DNA of 64,000 nt from Eubacteriales bacterium (GCA_045580085.1 JAZNND010000039.1:11387-75386); one strand, 5' to 3'; counted from the first letter of the stretch, positions 34,019 to 44,383 are shown. The notes: generated from the letters alone by a model not told the origin. Translations and numbers: made by a program.

Positions 34019-36013
34019 TCATCGGTTCTCCACACCCGCCATTTCGGGGGAGATCATGGGAAAACCGTATTTGCGGAGCTCGTCGGGGGTGCGGAGGATG
34101 GGGGCGTCGGTGCGGAATATTTTTGAGAATACATCCATGCCTTGCGCTTGCCAGTCTTCCCATGTGCGTTCGATGTTGCCCTGCTTGGGCACATTGGTTT
34201 GATGCAGATTGACGAGGGGGGCGTCGGTGGTTTTATAGATGAAATTCATATCACTTTCGCAGATGGGGAAGGTGAGCGATACGTTGTAAGCACCGTTATA
34301 AACGTAATTATCTTCTACGAAGAAAAGGTTTTTGAACATATTGAGATAAATTCCTTCGCGGCAAGCGGCACCGATGGCGACGTTGGCTTTGCCGTGACCG
34401 AAAATGTTATAGCGCACGGTGTTTTCCGCGCCGTAGTGGATCATCATGCAGGCGGAATCGCAATCATAAACGATGTTCTTTTCTACGAGAATTCCCGTTG
34501 AGCCTTCGTCAAGGTAGATGCCGTTGCCGCCGTAGACGGCGCGGTGTATATCATGAACATAGTTGCCGCGGATTTCGGAACCGCAATGAGGGCCGAGCAG
34601 ATAGATGCCGCCCATATCGCTCATGTCACCGTCGCCGAGGTGGTGAATGTGGTTATATTCGATGATGGCATTGGAGGTACGGGAGGGGAGCATACCCCAT
34701 ACCCAACCGACCGAAATACCGGAATACTTGAGGTGATGGATATGGTTGTGGGCAATATAGGTGCCTGCGCCGTGTGCAACATAGATGCCGACGGCACCGT
34801 AATCGATTTTGGCACAGTCATAGATCTCGCAGTTTTCAACACGGATGCCGCTTGCGGCATCCGCCTCGTCATCCCATGCACAAGCACCGCCGAATTTGAT
34901 GCCGCCCGCGCCGATTTGATAGAAGCGGCATCTTTCAAAGGCAAAGTTTTCGGAGCCTTTGCCGCCTTCGGCACCGTAGTTGCCGATGTTGCGGAAGGTA
35001 CAGTTTTCAAAAAAGATGTTTTTGGCGTAAATTGCTTTCACCGCGCCGTCGCGGTTTGCCGCCGCTTGGGCATAGGTGGCGTACTTAACCTTAGCGTCTG
35101 CGTCGCAGGTGTCTGATTTGGTACCTTCGAAGGTGATGCCTTCAAAAGAGATATCCGTGACGGGGTTGCCCTTTTTACCCGTGATCTCTACGATGTTCTG
35201 AAGAACGGGAGCTTCTACCAGAATGTTATCTGCCGTCTCGCCTTCCATGGGGATATAGTAGAGCTTGCCCTCGTAGCGGTCGAGATACCATTCGCCGGGC
35301 TCCGTTAAGGCTTCGAACACATTCAAAATGCGGTATTTTGCATAGGAAGGAGAGGTGCTGTCCACCAACTTTTGACGGGGAAGACGGTCAAAATGCACGA
35401 TTTTCTTTTCTGCGTCGTAAAAAGTGACAGGCATGCGTTCGGAGAGCCAAAAATGGAGTATTTCCACCGTGGTTTCTTCGGGATGGGCGATGTTATCAAA
35501 GGCACCGTCGCCCGCTTCAAAGGCGCGAACATCGATGGAGCCGTAACTGTCGATGGGGTGATTGGGAACATTCGTGATTTGATATTTGCCGCCGCCTTTG
35601 GGCGCTGTGGGGCGCGAACGCCAGCCTTTGTTGACGTAGAGCTCTTCGAAATACCATTCCCCTGCTTTGACCTCCGGCATGTCCGCTACGAGCGCGTCTA
35701 AACCGTTGACCTTGCAAGGGCGGAAACCGCCGATCTTTTTGGCACCCGAGAGAATTACCTCGCCGCCGTCTGCGATAAAGGAAAGGCGCGTACGGATGCT
35801 CGTATCGATGGAAACGGGGGAAGAAAGGTAATAGGTGCCGGGGGCAAGATGTATTTCATAGTCATAGATCATACCACGCATGCGGTCGTGCATCAAGGTT
35901 TCGAGCAATTGTTTGAAATTAGCCTTTCTGCGATCGTTTTCCGCGCCGTAGGCATAGCGATGTTCGAAGGGGGCATCATTGTCATGGGTGATGTAAATAA
36001 GCTTTTTTTTCAT
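34019..36013 (-). CDS. Right-handed parallel beta-helix repeat protein (pectin-lyase fold)
   Basis: 664 aa. Repeated 'G..I....N..I..N.I' coils (for example 'GIRVENCEIYDC', 'IAHNHIHHL', 'IEYNHIHHL', 'IRGNYVHDI'). No signal peptide. Confidence 0.65.
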   Translation of the reverse strand: MKKKLIYITHDNDAPFEHRYAYGAENDRRKANFKQLLETLMHDRMRGMIYDYEIHLAPGTYYLSSPVSIDTSIRTRLSFIADGGEVILSGAKKIGGFRPCKVNGLDALVADMPEVKAGEWYFEELYVNKGWRSRPTAPKGGGKYQITNVPNHPIDSYGSIDVRAFEAGDGAFDNIAHPEETTVEILHFWLSERMPVTFYDAEKKIVHFDRLPRQKLVDSTSPSYAKYRILNVFEALTEPGEWYLDRYEGKLYYIPMEGETADNILVEAPVLQNIVEITGKKGNPVTDISFEGITFEGTKSDTCDADAKVKYATYAQAAANRDGAVKAIYAKNIFFENCTFRNIGNYGAEGGKGSENFAFERCRFYQIGAGGIKFGGACAWDDEADAASGIRVENCEIYDCAKIDYGAVGIYVAHGAGTYIAHNHIHHLKYSGISVGWVWGMLPSRTSNAIIEYNHIHHLGDGDMSDMGGIYLLGPHCGSEIRGNYVHDIHRAVYGGNGIYLDEGSTGILVEKNIVYDCDSACMMIHYGAENTVRYNIFGHGKANVAIGAACREGIYLNMFKNLFFVEDNYVYNGAYNVSLTFPICESDMNFIYKTTDAPLVNLHQTNVPKQGNIERTWEDWQAQGMDVFSKIFRTDAPILRTPDELRKYGFPMISPEMAGVENR

Positions 36014-36043
36014 AATAACACCTTTCTTTTTGTAAATATATAT

Positions 36044-36643
36044 TTACTTTTCTTCAAAGACTTCTTGGATGAGGCGGTGATATTCGTCTTTATCGTATAA
36101 AAGATTGATGGCTTCGAGCAGGGCGTTTGCCGTCATGTCATCGGGAAAGGCGAGGTGGGCACAGAGAATCTTGCGGCGGTTTTCCGCACCGTCGGTGCCG
36201 CAGAGCCCGTCTAAATAAAAATCTGTTTTGGTCACGCCGCCTTTTTTGGCAGGGGCTGTACCCGCAAAGGGCAAAAAGAGATGATAAAGAAGATCGCTAT
36301 GCATGCCTTCCACGCCGAGAAGTCCCGCTTTGCCCGCTTTGTCTTTTCGCTTTTCTTTGCCCGCAATTTTAGGAATATAGAGATGAAAAACCTTTTCTTT
36401 GGGTAAGATGCCCGACAAAAAGGCGCGGATTTGTTTGCCGCCGCCGTCGGAATCGGTCAAAACGATCACACCGTTCTTTTCGCCGAGACGGCGCAAAAGC
36501 GCTGCTTTTTCTTTTTGATGGAAGAGAGAAAAGCCGCCTGTGGGAATGATGTGCGCATCAATGACCGAGGCAAGTTTGATCTTGTCGTATTTTCCCTCCA
36601 CGATGACGGGGAGAGCGATCTTGAGGGGTGATGTGGGAGACAT
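36044..36643 (-). CDS. Toprim-domain protein (RNase M5-like / DUF4093 type)
   Basis: 199 aa. 'VIVEGKYDKIKL' and 'VIVLTDSDGGGKQIR' are Toprim acidic motifs. Confidence 0.6.
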   Translation of the reverse strand: MSPTSPLKIALPVIVEGKYDKIKLASVIDAHIIPTGGFSLFHQKEKAALLRRLGEKNGVIVLTDSDGGGKQIRAFLSGILPKEKVFHLYIPKIAGKEKRKDKAGKAGLLGVEGMHSDLLYHLFLPFAGTAPAKKGGVTKTDFYLDGLCGTDGAENRRKILCAHLAFPDDMTANALLEAINLLYDKDEYHRLIQEVFEEK

Positions 36644-36670
36644 GAAAAGCTCCTTTATAAATAAAAATAG

Positions 36671-37858
36671 TTATTTGGTCAAGGCGTGTGTGCAGAGAGA
36701 AGCGAGGGGGCAGACGGCGCACTTCGGTGCGCGCGCGGTGCAAATGTCTCTGCCGAACTGCACGATGCGGTGGCAAAAATCGGTGCTTTCAGCGGGAGCA
36801 AGCAACGGCATGAGAGCCTTTTCCACCTTATAAGGATCGCTTAAGGTTTCTTCGTATGCGCCGAGTCTTCCGCAAATGCGGATGCAATGGGTATCGGTTA
36901 CAATGGAGGGCTTGCCGAAAATATCGCCGAGCAAAAGATTGGCGATTTTTCTTCCTACACCGGGAAAACGCAAAAGATCCTCCATGGTATCGGGAAGTGT
37001 TCCTTGATATTCGTTTATGAGCATGGCGGCGGAGGCTTTGAGATTTTCCGCTTTGGTTCGGAAAAGGCCGCACGGACGAACCGCTTCGGAAAGCTCCGAA
37101 AGATCGGCGTTTGCCATGGCTTCGGGGGTGGGGTATTTTTCAAAAAGCGATAAAGAGACTTCGTTTACGCGCTTATCGGTGCATTGTGCCGAAAGCCTGC
37201 CCATCACCAGCAGACGCCAAGGATCGCCTTCATAGCGAAGTGCGCAGGTGGAATCGGGGTAGATTTCTTTGAGTTTTTCGGTCACAAGTGCCATTTTTTC
37301 TCGCTTTTTTTGGGTTTCGATCAGCTCGCCGACAAAAGCCACGGGGAGCCCGATGACATTGTCAAAAGCGCCTTTATAGGAGGCGACAAGCTTCCCGCCC
37401 TTGCCTTGGATGCCGTACGCTCCCGCTTTATCCATCGGTTCGCCCGTTTTGATATAACGGCGAATTTCACGGTCGGTGAGTGTGCGGAAGTGCACGAGTG
37501 TCTCTTTCGCGCCCGAAAGAATCACGCCGCTGTGCCATACAGCAACACCTGTGCACACGCTGTGCACCGTGCCCGAAAGCTTTTTGAGCATGAAAAAGGC
37601 GTCCTCTTCGTCGCGCGGTTTGCCGAGAGGCTCGTTTCCGAGAAAGACAAGCGTGTCAGCACCGATGACAAAATCCTCTTTTTCTTTTCCCATCGCCCCC
37701 GCTTCGCATTTGCGGCGCGCCAAAAGCTCCACCGCTTGCATAGCGGCAATGCCGTTTGGCAGGTCTTCATTTGCATTCGCGGGGCAGACTTCGAAAGGAA
37801 TGTTTAATTGAGAAAGCAGTTCTTTTCTGCGTGGGGATTTGGATGCGAGATATAGCAT
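36671..37858 (-). CDS. Fusion ORF: Maf nucleoside-triphosphate pyrophosphatase (N) + endonuclease III (C)
   Basis: 395 aa. Residues 1-~185 ('LASKSPRRKELL', 'GAYGIQG') are Maf. Residues ~190-395 carry an HhH motif ('FPGVGRKIANLLLG'), 'TDTHCIRI' and the 4Fe-4S motif C-x6-C-x2-C-x5-C. No stop codon lies between the two parts. Confidence 0.8.
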   Translation of the reverse strand: MLYLASKSPRRKELLSQLNIPFEVCPANANEDLPNGIAAMQAVELLARRKCEAGAMGKEKEDFVIGADTLVFLGNEPLGKPRDEEDAFFMLKKLSGTVHSVCTGVAVWHSGVILSGAKETLVHFRTLTDREIRRYIKTGEPMDKAGAYGIQGKGGKLVASYKGAFDNVIGLPVAFVGELIETQKKREKMALVTEKLKEIYPDSTCALRYEGDPWRLLVMGRLSAQCTDKRVNEVSLSLFEKYPTPEAMANADLSELSEAVRPCGLFRTKAENLKASAAMLINEYQGTLPDTMEDLLRFPGVGRKIANLLLGDIFGKPSIVTDTHCIRICGRLGAYEETLSDPYKVEKALMPLLAPAESTDFCHRIVQFGRDICTARAPKCAVCPLASLCTHALTK

Positions 37859-37884
37859 AAAAACCTCTTTTTGTAAATAAAAGT

Positions 37885-39912
37885 TTACTTATATGCCCGT
37901 CTGACGGGAATGCCGAGAGGGGCATGCGCGGTGTATGCCCGAATGACACGTTCCGCTTCTTTTGTGCTTTCGACCGAAAAGATGAAATGAGCTCCTATGT
38001 CCGCAAGCGCGCTTCGGCTTTCCGCACTGTCGCCAAGATAGGTGGGGAGACTGTTAAAAATGAGCGTGCGGTGGTCTTCGGTTCGCAACATGGGGAAGCG
38101 CGCGCCGCGCTCATCTGTGAGGGCGGCTTTGCCGCAGGCATCACACCCGAAGATGTCTTTGACGAAACAGCGTTCGGTCAGCATCAAAGGAATACGCCCG
38201 TATACGATATAAGCCCCCGAAAGACGCTTGGCTTTTGCGGGAGAAAGCTCGGGTGAAAGGATAAATGCGCCGAGTCCGAGGGTGCGGTATACCCGTTCGC
38301 TTTCGCGGTTGGCAATATTGAGACGGTAGTCACCGATGGGGGTAAGATCCGCCGCTTGGGCGAGTGCGATGGCACCGAGAGAGGAGACGAGGGCGTAACG
38401 CGCTCCGTTTCGGTGGGCATGCTTCAAAGCGTTTACTGTTTTTTCGTCCTCGGAATCAAATACGACGGGCGGTACGATCACGCCGTTTGCGGTGCTTTTT
38501 TCATCGTCGAAGGCACTAAGGGGCAGAAAAACCGCATCAAAATCATGCCGAAGGGAAGGGGCAAAGCCCTCTTTTTTGTAGAAAACTGCCGTTTTCAAGG
38601 GCGAAAGAGGAGCCGTTTCTACCGAAGGGACGGGGTGGCATTCGTTTGTTTCACGGTGGCGGCGCAATGCGTCCGACAAATCGGCTGCTGCCTGCCTTCT
38701 GAGCGCGTTTTGCGCACCGACGGGAACGAAGAGCCCATCTTTTAAGGTGAGCGACAGGGATACCATACGGAAGCCGTCCGCACCTACCTTGGAAAGGCGT
38801 GCGCGCACGCCTTCCTCCTCGATTGCCGCCTTTTCCGCCGCCAAGGGTACGTCGCCCACCGCGTGCGCGGTAAGGACGGTTCCGTCCTTTAGGGTGACGG
38901 AAAGCGAGAGAGATAGGGGCGTTTCGGGAGCAAAAAGGGCTTTGCCCTCTATGGGAATGGGTTTGGGATCAAATTTCATTTCGCCTAAGGCACGGGAGGC
39001 TTCCTTATCGCTTTCGCGGCGGATGCCCGTCATACCTTTTTCAAGGCGGCTTGTATAATAGCCGTCGGTAAAGCCCGAACGCGAGAAAGCACTTTCGAGT
39101 GTACGCATTTCTTCGGCGGTCGCGTTTCTGCCTTCGTCGAGCAGGCGGCGGTACACTTTGACGACGGTATAAACGTAGGCGGCACTTTTCATGCGGCCTT
39201 CTATTTTGAGAGATGCCACACCGTCACGGATGAGATCGGGAATGTGATTGGCAAGGCATGCATCTTTGAGAGAAAGCGCGTATCCTGCCTTGCCATACGA
39301 CTTGCGGCAGGGCTGGGCGCATGCGCCGCGGTTGCCGCTTCTGCCTCCGAGCATGGAAGAAAAGAGGCATTGCCCCGAATGTGAAACGCAAAGCGCACCG
39401 TGTAAAAAGATTTCGGTTTCGGCGAGCGAATGCTCGGTTACGCTTCTTATATTTTCGCGGCTTGATTCTCTGGCGAGCACCACGCGTGAAAAACCGAGCC
39501 GAAAGAGCGCGTCGGCGGTGCGGGTGGAGTGCGCAAAGGCTTGCGTTGATGCGTGAAGCGGCATTTCGGGAAGCTCACGCGCGATTAAGGAAGCGAGCCC
39601 GAGATCAGCAACGATCAAGGCGTCCACCCCTATTTCATTCGCAAAACGAGCGATGGAAAGGATGCTCTCAAGCTCGTTTTCATAGGTTATGGTGTTCAGT
39701 GTCAAATATACCTTTACACCGTTTGCGTGGGCGTAAGGAATGAGAGGAGACAACGTCTCACGCGTGAAATTCTCCGCGCCGACGCGCGCGTTGCTCGCAC
39801 CCTCGGCAAGCCCGAGATATACGGCATCCGCACCGGCTTCTATCGCGGCGTAAAACGCCTCCGCGTTCCCCGCCGGAGCAAGCAATTCGGGCAGCTTGGT
39901 TTTTCTTCGCAT
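37885..39912 (-). CDS. Peptidase U32 family protein (long form)
   Basis: 675 aa. 'ELLAPAGNAEAFYAAIEAGADAVYLG' is the typical U32 N-terminus. AAAGGAGG SD. Confidence 0.8.
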   Translation of the reverse strand: MRRKTKLPELLAPAGNAEAFYAAIEAGADAVYLGLAEGASNARVGAENFTRETLSPLIPYAHANGVKVYLTLNTITYENELESILSIARFANEIGVDALIVADLGLASLIARELPEMPLHASTQAFAHSTRTADALFRLGFSRVVLARESSRENIRSVTEHSLAETEIFLHGALCVSHSGQCLFSSMLGGRSGNRGACAQPCRKSYGKAGYALSLKDACLANHIPDLIRDGVASLKIEGRMKSAAYVYTVVKVYRRLLDEGRNATAEEMRTLESAFSRSGFTDGYYTSRLEKGMTGIRRESDKEASRALGEMKFDPKPIPIEGKALFAPETPLSLSLSVTLKDGTVLTAHAVGDVPLAAEKAAIEEEGVRARLSKVGADGFRMVSLSLTLKDGLFVPVGAQNALRRQAAADLSDALRRHRETNECHPVPSVETAPLSPLKTAVFYKKEGFAPSLRHDFDAVFLPLSAFDDEKSTANGVIVPPVVFDSEDEKTVNALKHAHRNGARYALVSSLGAIALAQAADLTPIGDYRLNIANRESERVYRTLGLGAFILSPELSPAKAKRLSGAYIVYGRIPLMLTERCFVKDIFGCDACGKAALTDERGARFPMLRTEDHRTLIFNSLPTYLGDSAESRSALADIGAHFIFSVESTKEAERVIRAYTAHAPLGIPVRRAYK

Positions 39913-40068
39913 GATCTGCCTCCTTTCTTATAATTATTCATAATAATAATACCGAATTTTTTCGTAAAAGTAAAGAGCTTTCGGTAAAATTTCAAGAAAA
40001 AACATGGGGCTGCCGCATGAGCGACAGCCCCACATCGCTTCCCTGATCGTGAAGCGATGCCTTGAATA

Positions 40069-43000
40069 TTATTTTCGAATATTTCCATCGATGCAATAGA
40101 CGATGTAGAAAGAGGTCTCTTGGTCCCAATTGATGTCTTTTTCGATGGCTTTCCATTCTGCCTTGGTGCCGGCAAAATGGATGCTTTCAAGGGAGAAACA
40201 ATGGTAGAACGCATTGTAGTCAATGTTTGCGGTGCTCTTGGGGATGGTTATAGATGAAAGATTCTCACAGTCTAAAAATGCATATGCGTGGATATACACT
40301 ACTCCTTCCGGAATCGTGATGGTAGTTATGTTGCATGCCTCGAATGCACGAATGTTGATACTCGTCACACTGCCGTCGGTGGGGATTACGCTGTTTTTAC
40401 ATCCCGTAATCAAAGCTTTGCTTTTCGTTTCAATTAAACAGTTACCCGCACTGTGATAATTCATGTTTTTTGAACCTACTGTAATGGATGTAAGGCTGGT
40501 ACAAGAAGAAAACGGATTGCCGGTGATGCAGATGACACTATCCGGAATAATGACAGAGTCAAGATTAAAGCAGTTGTTGAATGCTGCATTGCCGATGTGT
40601 GTGACACTGTCGGGGATAATGATGGAACCCAGATTGTAGCAGTTGTTGAATGCATTATCACTGATGTATGTGACAGTGTTGGGGATGGTTAAGGAGGTGA
40701 GAGTTGCGCAATTGGAGAATGCGGAATAGTTGATACCGATAACCGGTTTGCCTTTATAAGAAGGAGCAATGACAATATCTTCATCTGTCACTGTGCCGAT
40801 GCCGCTGACAAAATAGGCGTCACCGTTGTTCGTTGAGCTATATTCAAGACCTATCGTGAAGGGCGGCTTTAATGTTTCATTGTAGTAGACTGTATAGGCG
40901 TTGGTGTTGGCATCCCAATTTGCGGTCTTTTCGATAGCGTCCCATTGTTTTTGTGTACCGCCAAAATAGATAGAGACAAGGCTTTGGCAACGGTAGAACG
41001 TGTTATGACTGATATAGGTGATACTGTTTGGGATGGAGACGGCAGTGAGTCGAAGGCAGTTATAGAACGCGCTATCACCGATATGCGTGACACTGTCGGG
41101 GATGAAGACGGTAGTAAGGTTACAGCAATAGCGAAATGCATAATCACCGATGTGTGTGACACTGTTTGGGATAGCGATAGAAGTGAGACGGTAGCAGTCA
41201 TGGAATGCGCCCATACCGATAGAAACGACGCTACCATCTGCCGGAATAACGCTGTTCTCGCATCCTAAAATCAAAGTTTTGCTTTCTGTTTCAATCAAGC
41301 AATTGCTTGCACTGTGATATACGAGATTTTTATTTTTGACCGTGATAGAGGTGAGTCCAGAACAATTAAAGAATGCGTTTTGACCTATGGTCGCAACTTT
41401 ATGAGGGATAACAATGGCGGTAAGACCGTGGCAATAGCGGAAGGCAGAATCTCCAATGGAAATAACAGCATCGGGAATGAAGATGGATGTAAGCCCGGAG
41501 CAACCATAGAAAGCACACTTGCCAATGGAGGCGATGTTTTTGGAGATGGAGATGGACGTAAGTCCGGAACAACCATAGAATGTATAATCACCGATGAAAG
41601 TGACACCATCGGGGATGGAGAAAGAAGTGAGTCCGGAACAGCAATAAAACGAGTCATTGCCGATGAAAATGACACTGTCGGGTGTTGAGAAAGAAGTAAG
41701 CCTAGAACAGTTATAGAACGCAGCCTCGCCGATGAAGGAGAGTTGACTTTTCGGCGCAAATGTTACCGTTTGCAAGTTCCCACAATTATAAAATGTATAA
41801 TCGCCAATGCTTTTTATACTATCTGAAATTGCGACGGCAGTAAGATTCGAGCAGGCATAGAATGCACAATGACCGATGGAAGTGACACTGTCAGGAATAG
41901 AGATAGTGGTAAGCCCGGAACAGTTATAGAACGTACAATGATTGATGGAAGTAACACCGTCAGGAATAGAGACGGAGGTAAGCTCGGAACAGTTATAGAA
42001 CGCACAATTACCGATGAAAGTGGCAGCGTCAGGAATAGAGACGGAGGTAAGCTCGGAACAGTTATAGAAAGCATAATTACCGATGGAAGTGACATCGTCA
42101 GGAATAGAGACGGAGATGAGTCCGGCGCAGCCATAGAACGCATAATCGGCAATACAAACTGTTCCGTTTTTGATCTCATATGAACCGGAAAGCGAGTTGT
42201 TTGCTCTAATCAAATGTTGATCTATATAAAGAACACCGTTTTCCCATTTAGCTTCGCTGTTATAGTATGCAGTATCGTTGAATGCGCTGTTGCTAACAGA
42301 GGTGACATTTTTGCGGATGGAGATCGAGAGAAGGTTGGTGCAATTTTGAAATGCGGCCTTGCTGATAACACCGTTAGAGATTATAACAGAAGTGAGGTCG
42401 TGGCAATTTTTGAACGCCATCTCACCAACAAAGCGGACATTTTGGGGGATGAAAACAGAGATGAGACTTTTGCAATTTTCAAATGCGTTGTTGCCAATAA
42501 AAGCGACGCTGTTGGGAATGATAATGGATTTAAGGTCGGAGCAATTATAGAACGCATTATCAGCGATACAAATGGTTTCATTTCTAATCATATATGAAAT
42601 AGAAAGTGAGCTTTTTGCTTTAATCAAAAAAGATCCTATGTAAAGAACATCATCTTCCCAATTAGCTTCTTTGTTATAATATCCGGTGTTTTGGAACGCT
42701 TGGTCACCTATGTAGGCGACAGTATCGGGGATGGTGACGGATTCAAGTTGGTTGCATTCATAGAAGGCACGTTCGGCAATACAAACTGTTCCGTTTCTGA
42801 TGGCATATGAACCGGAAAGTGATGTTTTTGCCTCAATCAAATTCTTTCCGATATAAAGCACATCGTTTTGCCAGTTGGATTTATCATTATAAAATCCCGT
42901 GCTTTCAAACGCGAAATCGCCAATGGAAGTGATGCCGTCGGGAAGGGAGATGGAGGTAAGCTTTCGGCAATTATAGAACGCGCTATTGCCAATGGATGTG

Positions 43001-44172
43001 ACACTATCGGGAAGGGAGATGGAGGTAAGACTGTAGCAACCCGAGAATGCGCCGTTACCAATGAAAGTGACACTTGGTGGGATGAAAATGGAGGGAAGGT
43101 TATAACACCCCTTGAATGCGTTGTCTCCGATACCAACAACCGGTTTTTCACTGAAAAAAAGGGGAATGGAAATGCCTCTGTCTATGTGCTTATCTACAAT
43201 GCCGCTGACAAGATAGCCTGTGCCATCTTCTGTTAGAGTAAATTTAAGGCTTGGTATGTAGTAGGGATTCATGTCCATTACATCATCGGTGTTGCCATCG
43301 TCAATGCAATAGACGGTAGCTCCCCAGGAAACGCCCTTTGAGACTGCCTCCCATTCTGTTTGAGTGCCGTTAAAATAAATGAAAGCGAGTCCGGTGTGAT
43401 ATGTAAACGCATCTCGGGAGATAGAAGCCACACTGTTGGGAATGAGGATGGAAACGAGATTGATACCGCAAAATGCGCCAGTGCTGATAGAAGTAACGCT
43501 GCCGTCGTTTGGTATAAGACTGTTTTGGCATCCGGCAATCAAAGTTTTACTTGCTGTTTCAATCAAACAATTGTTTGTGCTGTGATATTTAGGGTTATCT
43601 TTGCCTACAGTGATGGAAGAAAGCTTTGAGCAATAAGAAAACACTTCTTCACCGATACTTATAACACTTTTTGGAATTGTAACTGAGGTAAGACCGGAGC
43701 AGTCATAGAACGCACAATTGCCGATAGAAGTAACACTGTCTGGAATTGTGATAGAGGTGAGACTGGGGCAGCAATAGAATGTATGCTTGCTGATGGTGGT
43801 GACACTGTCGGGAATTGTGACGGAGGCAAGGTTTGAGCAATCTTTAAATGCCCCCCACCCGATGGACGTGATACCTCCGGAAATGGTAACGGATATGAGA
43901 CTATTGCAATCTTCAAACGCATAATCGTCGATGCCGATGACTGGTTTGTTTTTATAAGAAGAAGGGATTGTAATGATTGTGTCTGTTACTGTACCGATGC
44001 CACTGACAAGATAAGCGTCGCCATTTTCTGTTAGAGTATATTCCAAATCTATTTCGGCATCCGTTTTGATATCGGGTTTCTTTTCGTTGCCGAACGAGCA
44101 TGAGCTGCACGCGCTGAAAAGGCAAAGGAGCAAGCCGAGAATCAGGGCGAAAAATGCAAGTTTCTTTTTCAT
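40069..44172 (-). CDS. BspA-type leucine-rich-repeat (LRR_5) lipoprotein, three concatenated modules
   Basis: 1367 aa from the ATG at 44172. Lipobox 'LFSAC'. Dozens of ~23-aa units match 'I.IP.SVT.IG..AF..C..LTS'. Confidence 0.85.
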   Translation of the reverse strand: MKKKLAFFALILGLLLCLFSACSSCSFGNEKKPDIKTDAEIDLEYTLTENGDAYLVSGIGTVTDTIITIPSSYKNKPVIGIDDYAFEDCNSLISVTISGGITSIGWGAFKDCSNLASVTIPDSVTTISKHTFYCCPSLTSITIPDSVTSIGNCAFYDCSGLTSVTIPKSVISIGEEVFSYCSKLSSITVGKDNPKYHSTNNCLIETASKTLIAGCQNSLIPNDGSVTSISTGAFCGINLVSILIPNSVASISRDAFTYHTGLAFIYFNGTQTEWEAVSKGVSWGATVYCIDDGNTDDVMDMNPYYIPSLKFTLTEDGTGYLVSGIVDKHIDRGISIPLFFSEKPVVGIGDNAFKGCYNLPSIFIPPSVTFIGNGAFSGCYSLTSISLPDSVTSIGNSAFYNCRKLTSISLPDGITSIGDFAFESTGFYNDKSNWQNDVLYIGKNLIEAKTSLSGSYAIRNGTVCIAERAFYECNQLESVTIPDTVAYIGDQAFQNTGYYNKEANWEDDVLYIGSFLIKAKSSLSISYMIRNETICIADNAFYNCSDLKSIIIPNSVAFIGNNAFENCKSLISVFIPQNVRFVGEMAFKNCHDLTSVIISNGVISKAAFQNCTNLLSISIRKNVTSVSNSAFNDTAYYNSEAKWENGVLYIDQHLIRANNSLSGSYEIKNGTVCIADYAFYGCAGLISVSIPDDVTSIGNYAFYNCSELTSVSIPDAATFIGNCAFYNCSELTSVSIPDGVTSINHCTFYNCSGLTTISIPDSVTSIGHCAFYACSNLTAVAISDSIKSIGDYTFYNCGNLQTVTFAPKSQLSFIGEAAFYNCSRLTSFSTPDSVIFIGNDSFYCCSGLTSFSIPDGVTFIGDYTFYGCSGLTSISISKNIASIGKCAFYGCSGLTSIFIPDAVISIGDSAFRYCHGLTAIVIPHKVATIGQNAFFNCSGLTSITVKNKNLVYHSASNCLIETESKTLILGCENSVIPADGSVVSIGMGAFHDCYRLTSIAIPNSVTHIGDYAFRYCCNLTTVFIPDSVTHIGDSAFYNCLRLTAVSIPNSITYISHNTFYRCQSLVSIYFGGTQKQWDAIEKTANWDANTNAYTVYYNETLKPPFTIGLEYSSTNNGDAYFVSGIGTVTDEDIVIAPSYKGKPVIGINYSAFSNCATLTSLTIPNTVTYISDNAFNNCYNLGSIIIPDSVTHIGNAAFNNCFNLDSVIIPDSVICITGNPFSSCTSLTSITVGSKNMNYHSAGNCLIETKSKALITGCKNSVIPTDGSVTSINIRAFEACNITTITIPEGVVYIHAYAFLDCENLSSITIPKSTANIDYNAFYHCFSLESIHFAGTKAEWKAIEKDINWDQETSFYIVYCIDGNIRK

Positions 44173-44383
44173 GAGAGTGTCCTTTCCGCAAAAAGAAAAT
44201 AGATTTACAGGAGAACTTATGAAGATATAGTAACACATTTTTCGTTTTTTGTCAACATTTTGCTGTATAAAATGAGAGATATCGCGTGCTTTTGCTCGTT
44301 TTTTGCGTATGGCAAGTGTAGGCTCGATTGGCTTGAAAGCTTTCTTTGAGATCCGGGTTTCAAAAAGTCTTTTGCGAAAAGAC

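Noticed and set aside
40223-43629. Many 60-127-aa plus-strand ORFs across 40.2-43.6 kb with repetitive 'DGSDTVRNRDGGK'-like sequences.
   Set aside because: They are antisense reading frames of the LRR repeat units of the 1367-aa lipoprotein gene. Their periodic similarity only mirrors the sense-strand repeats.
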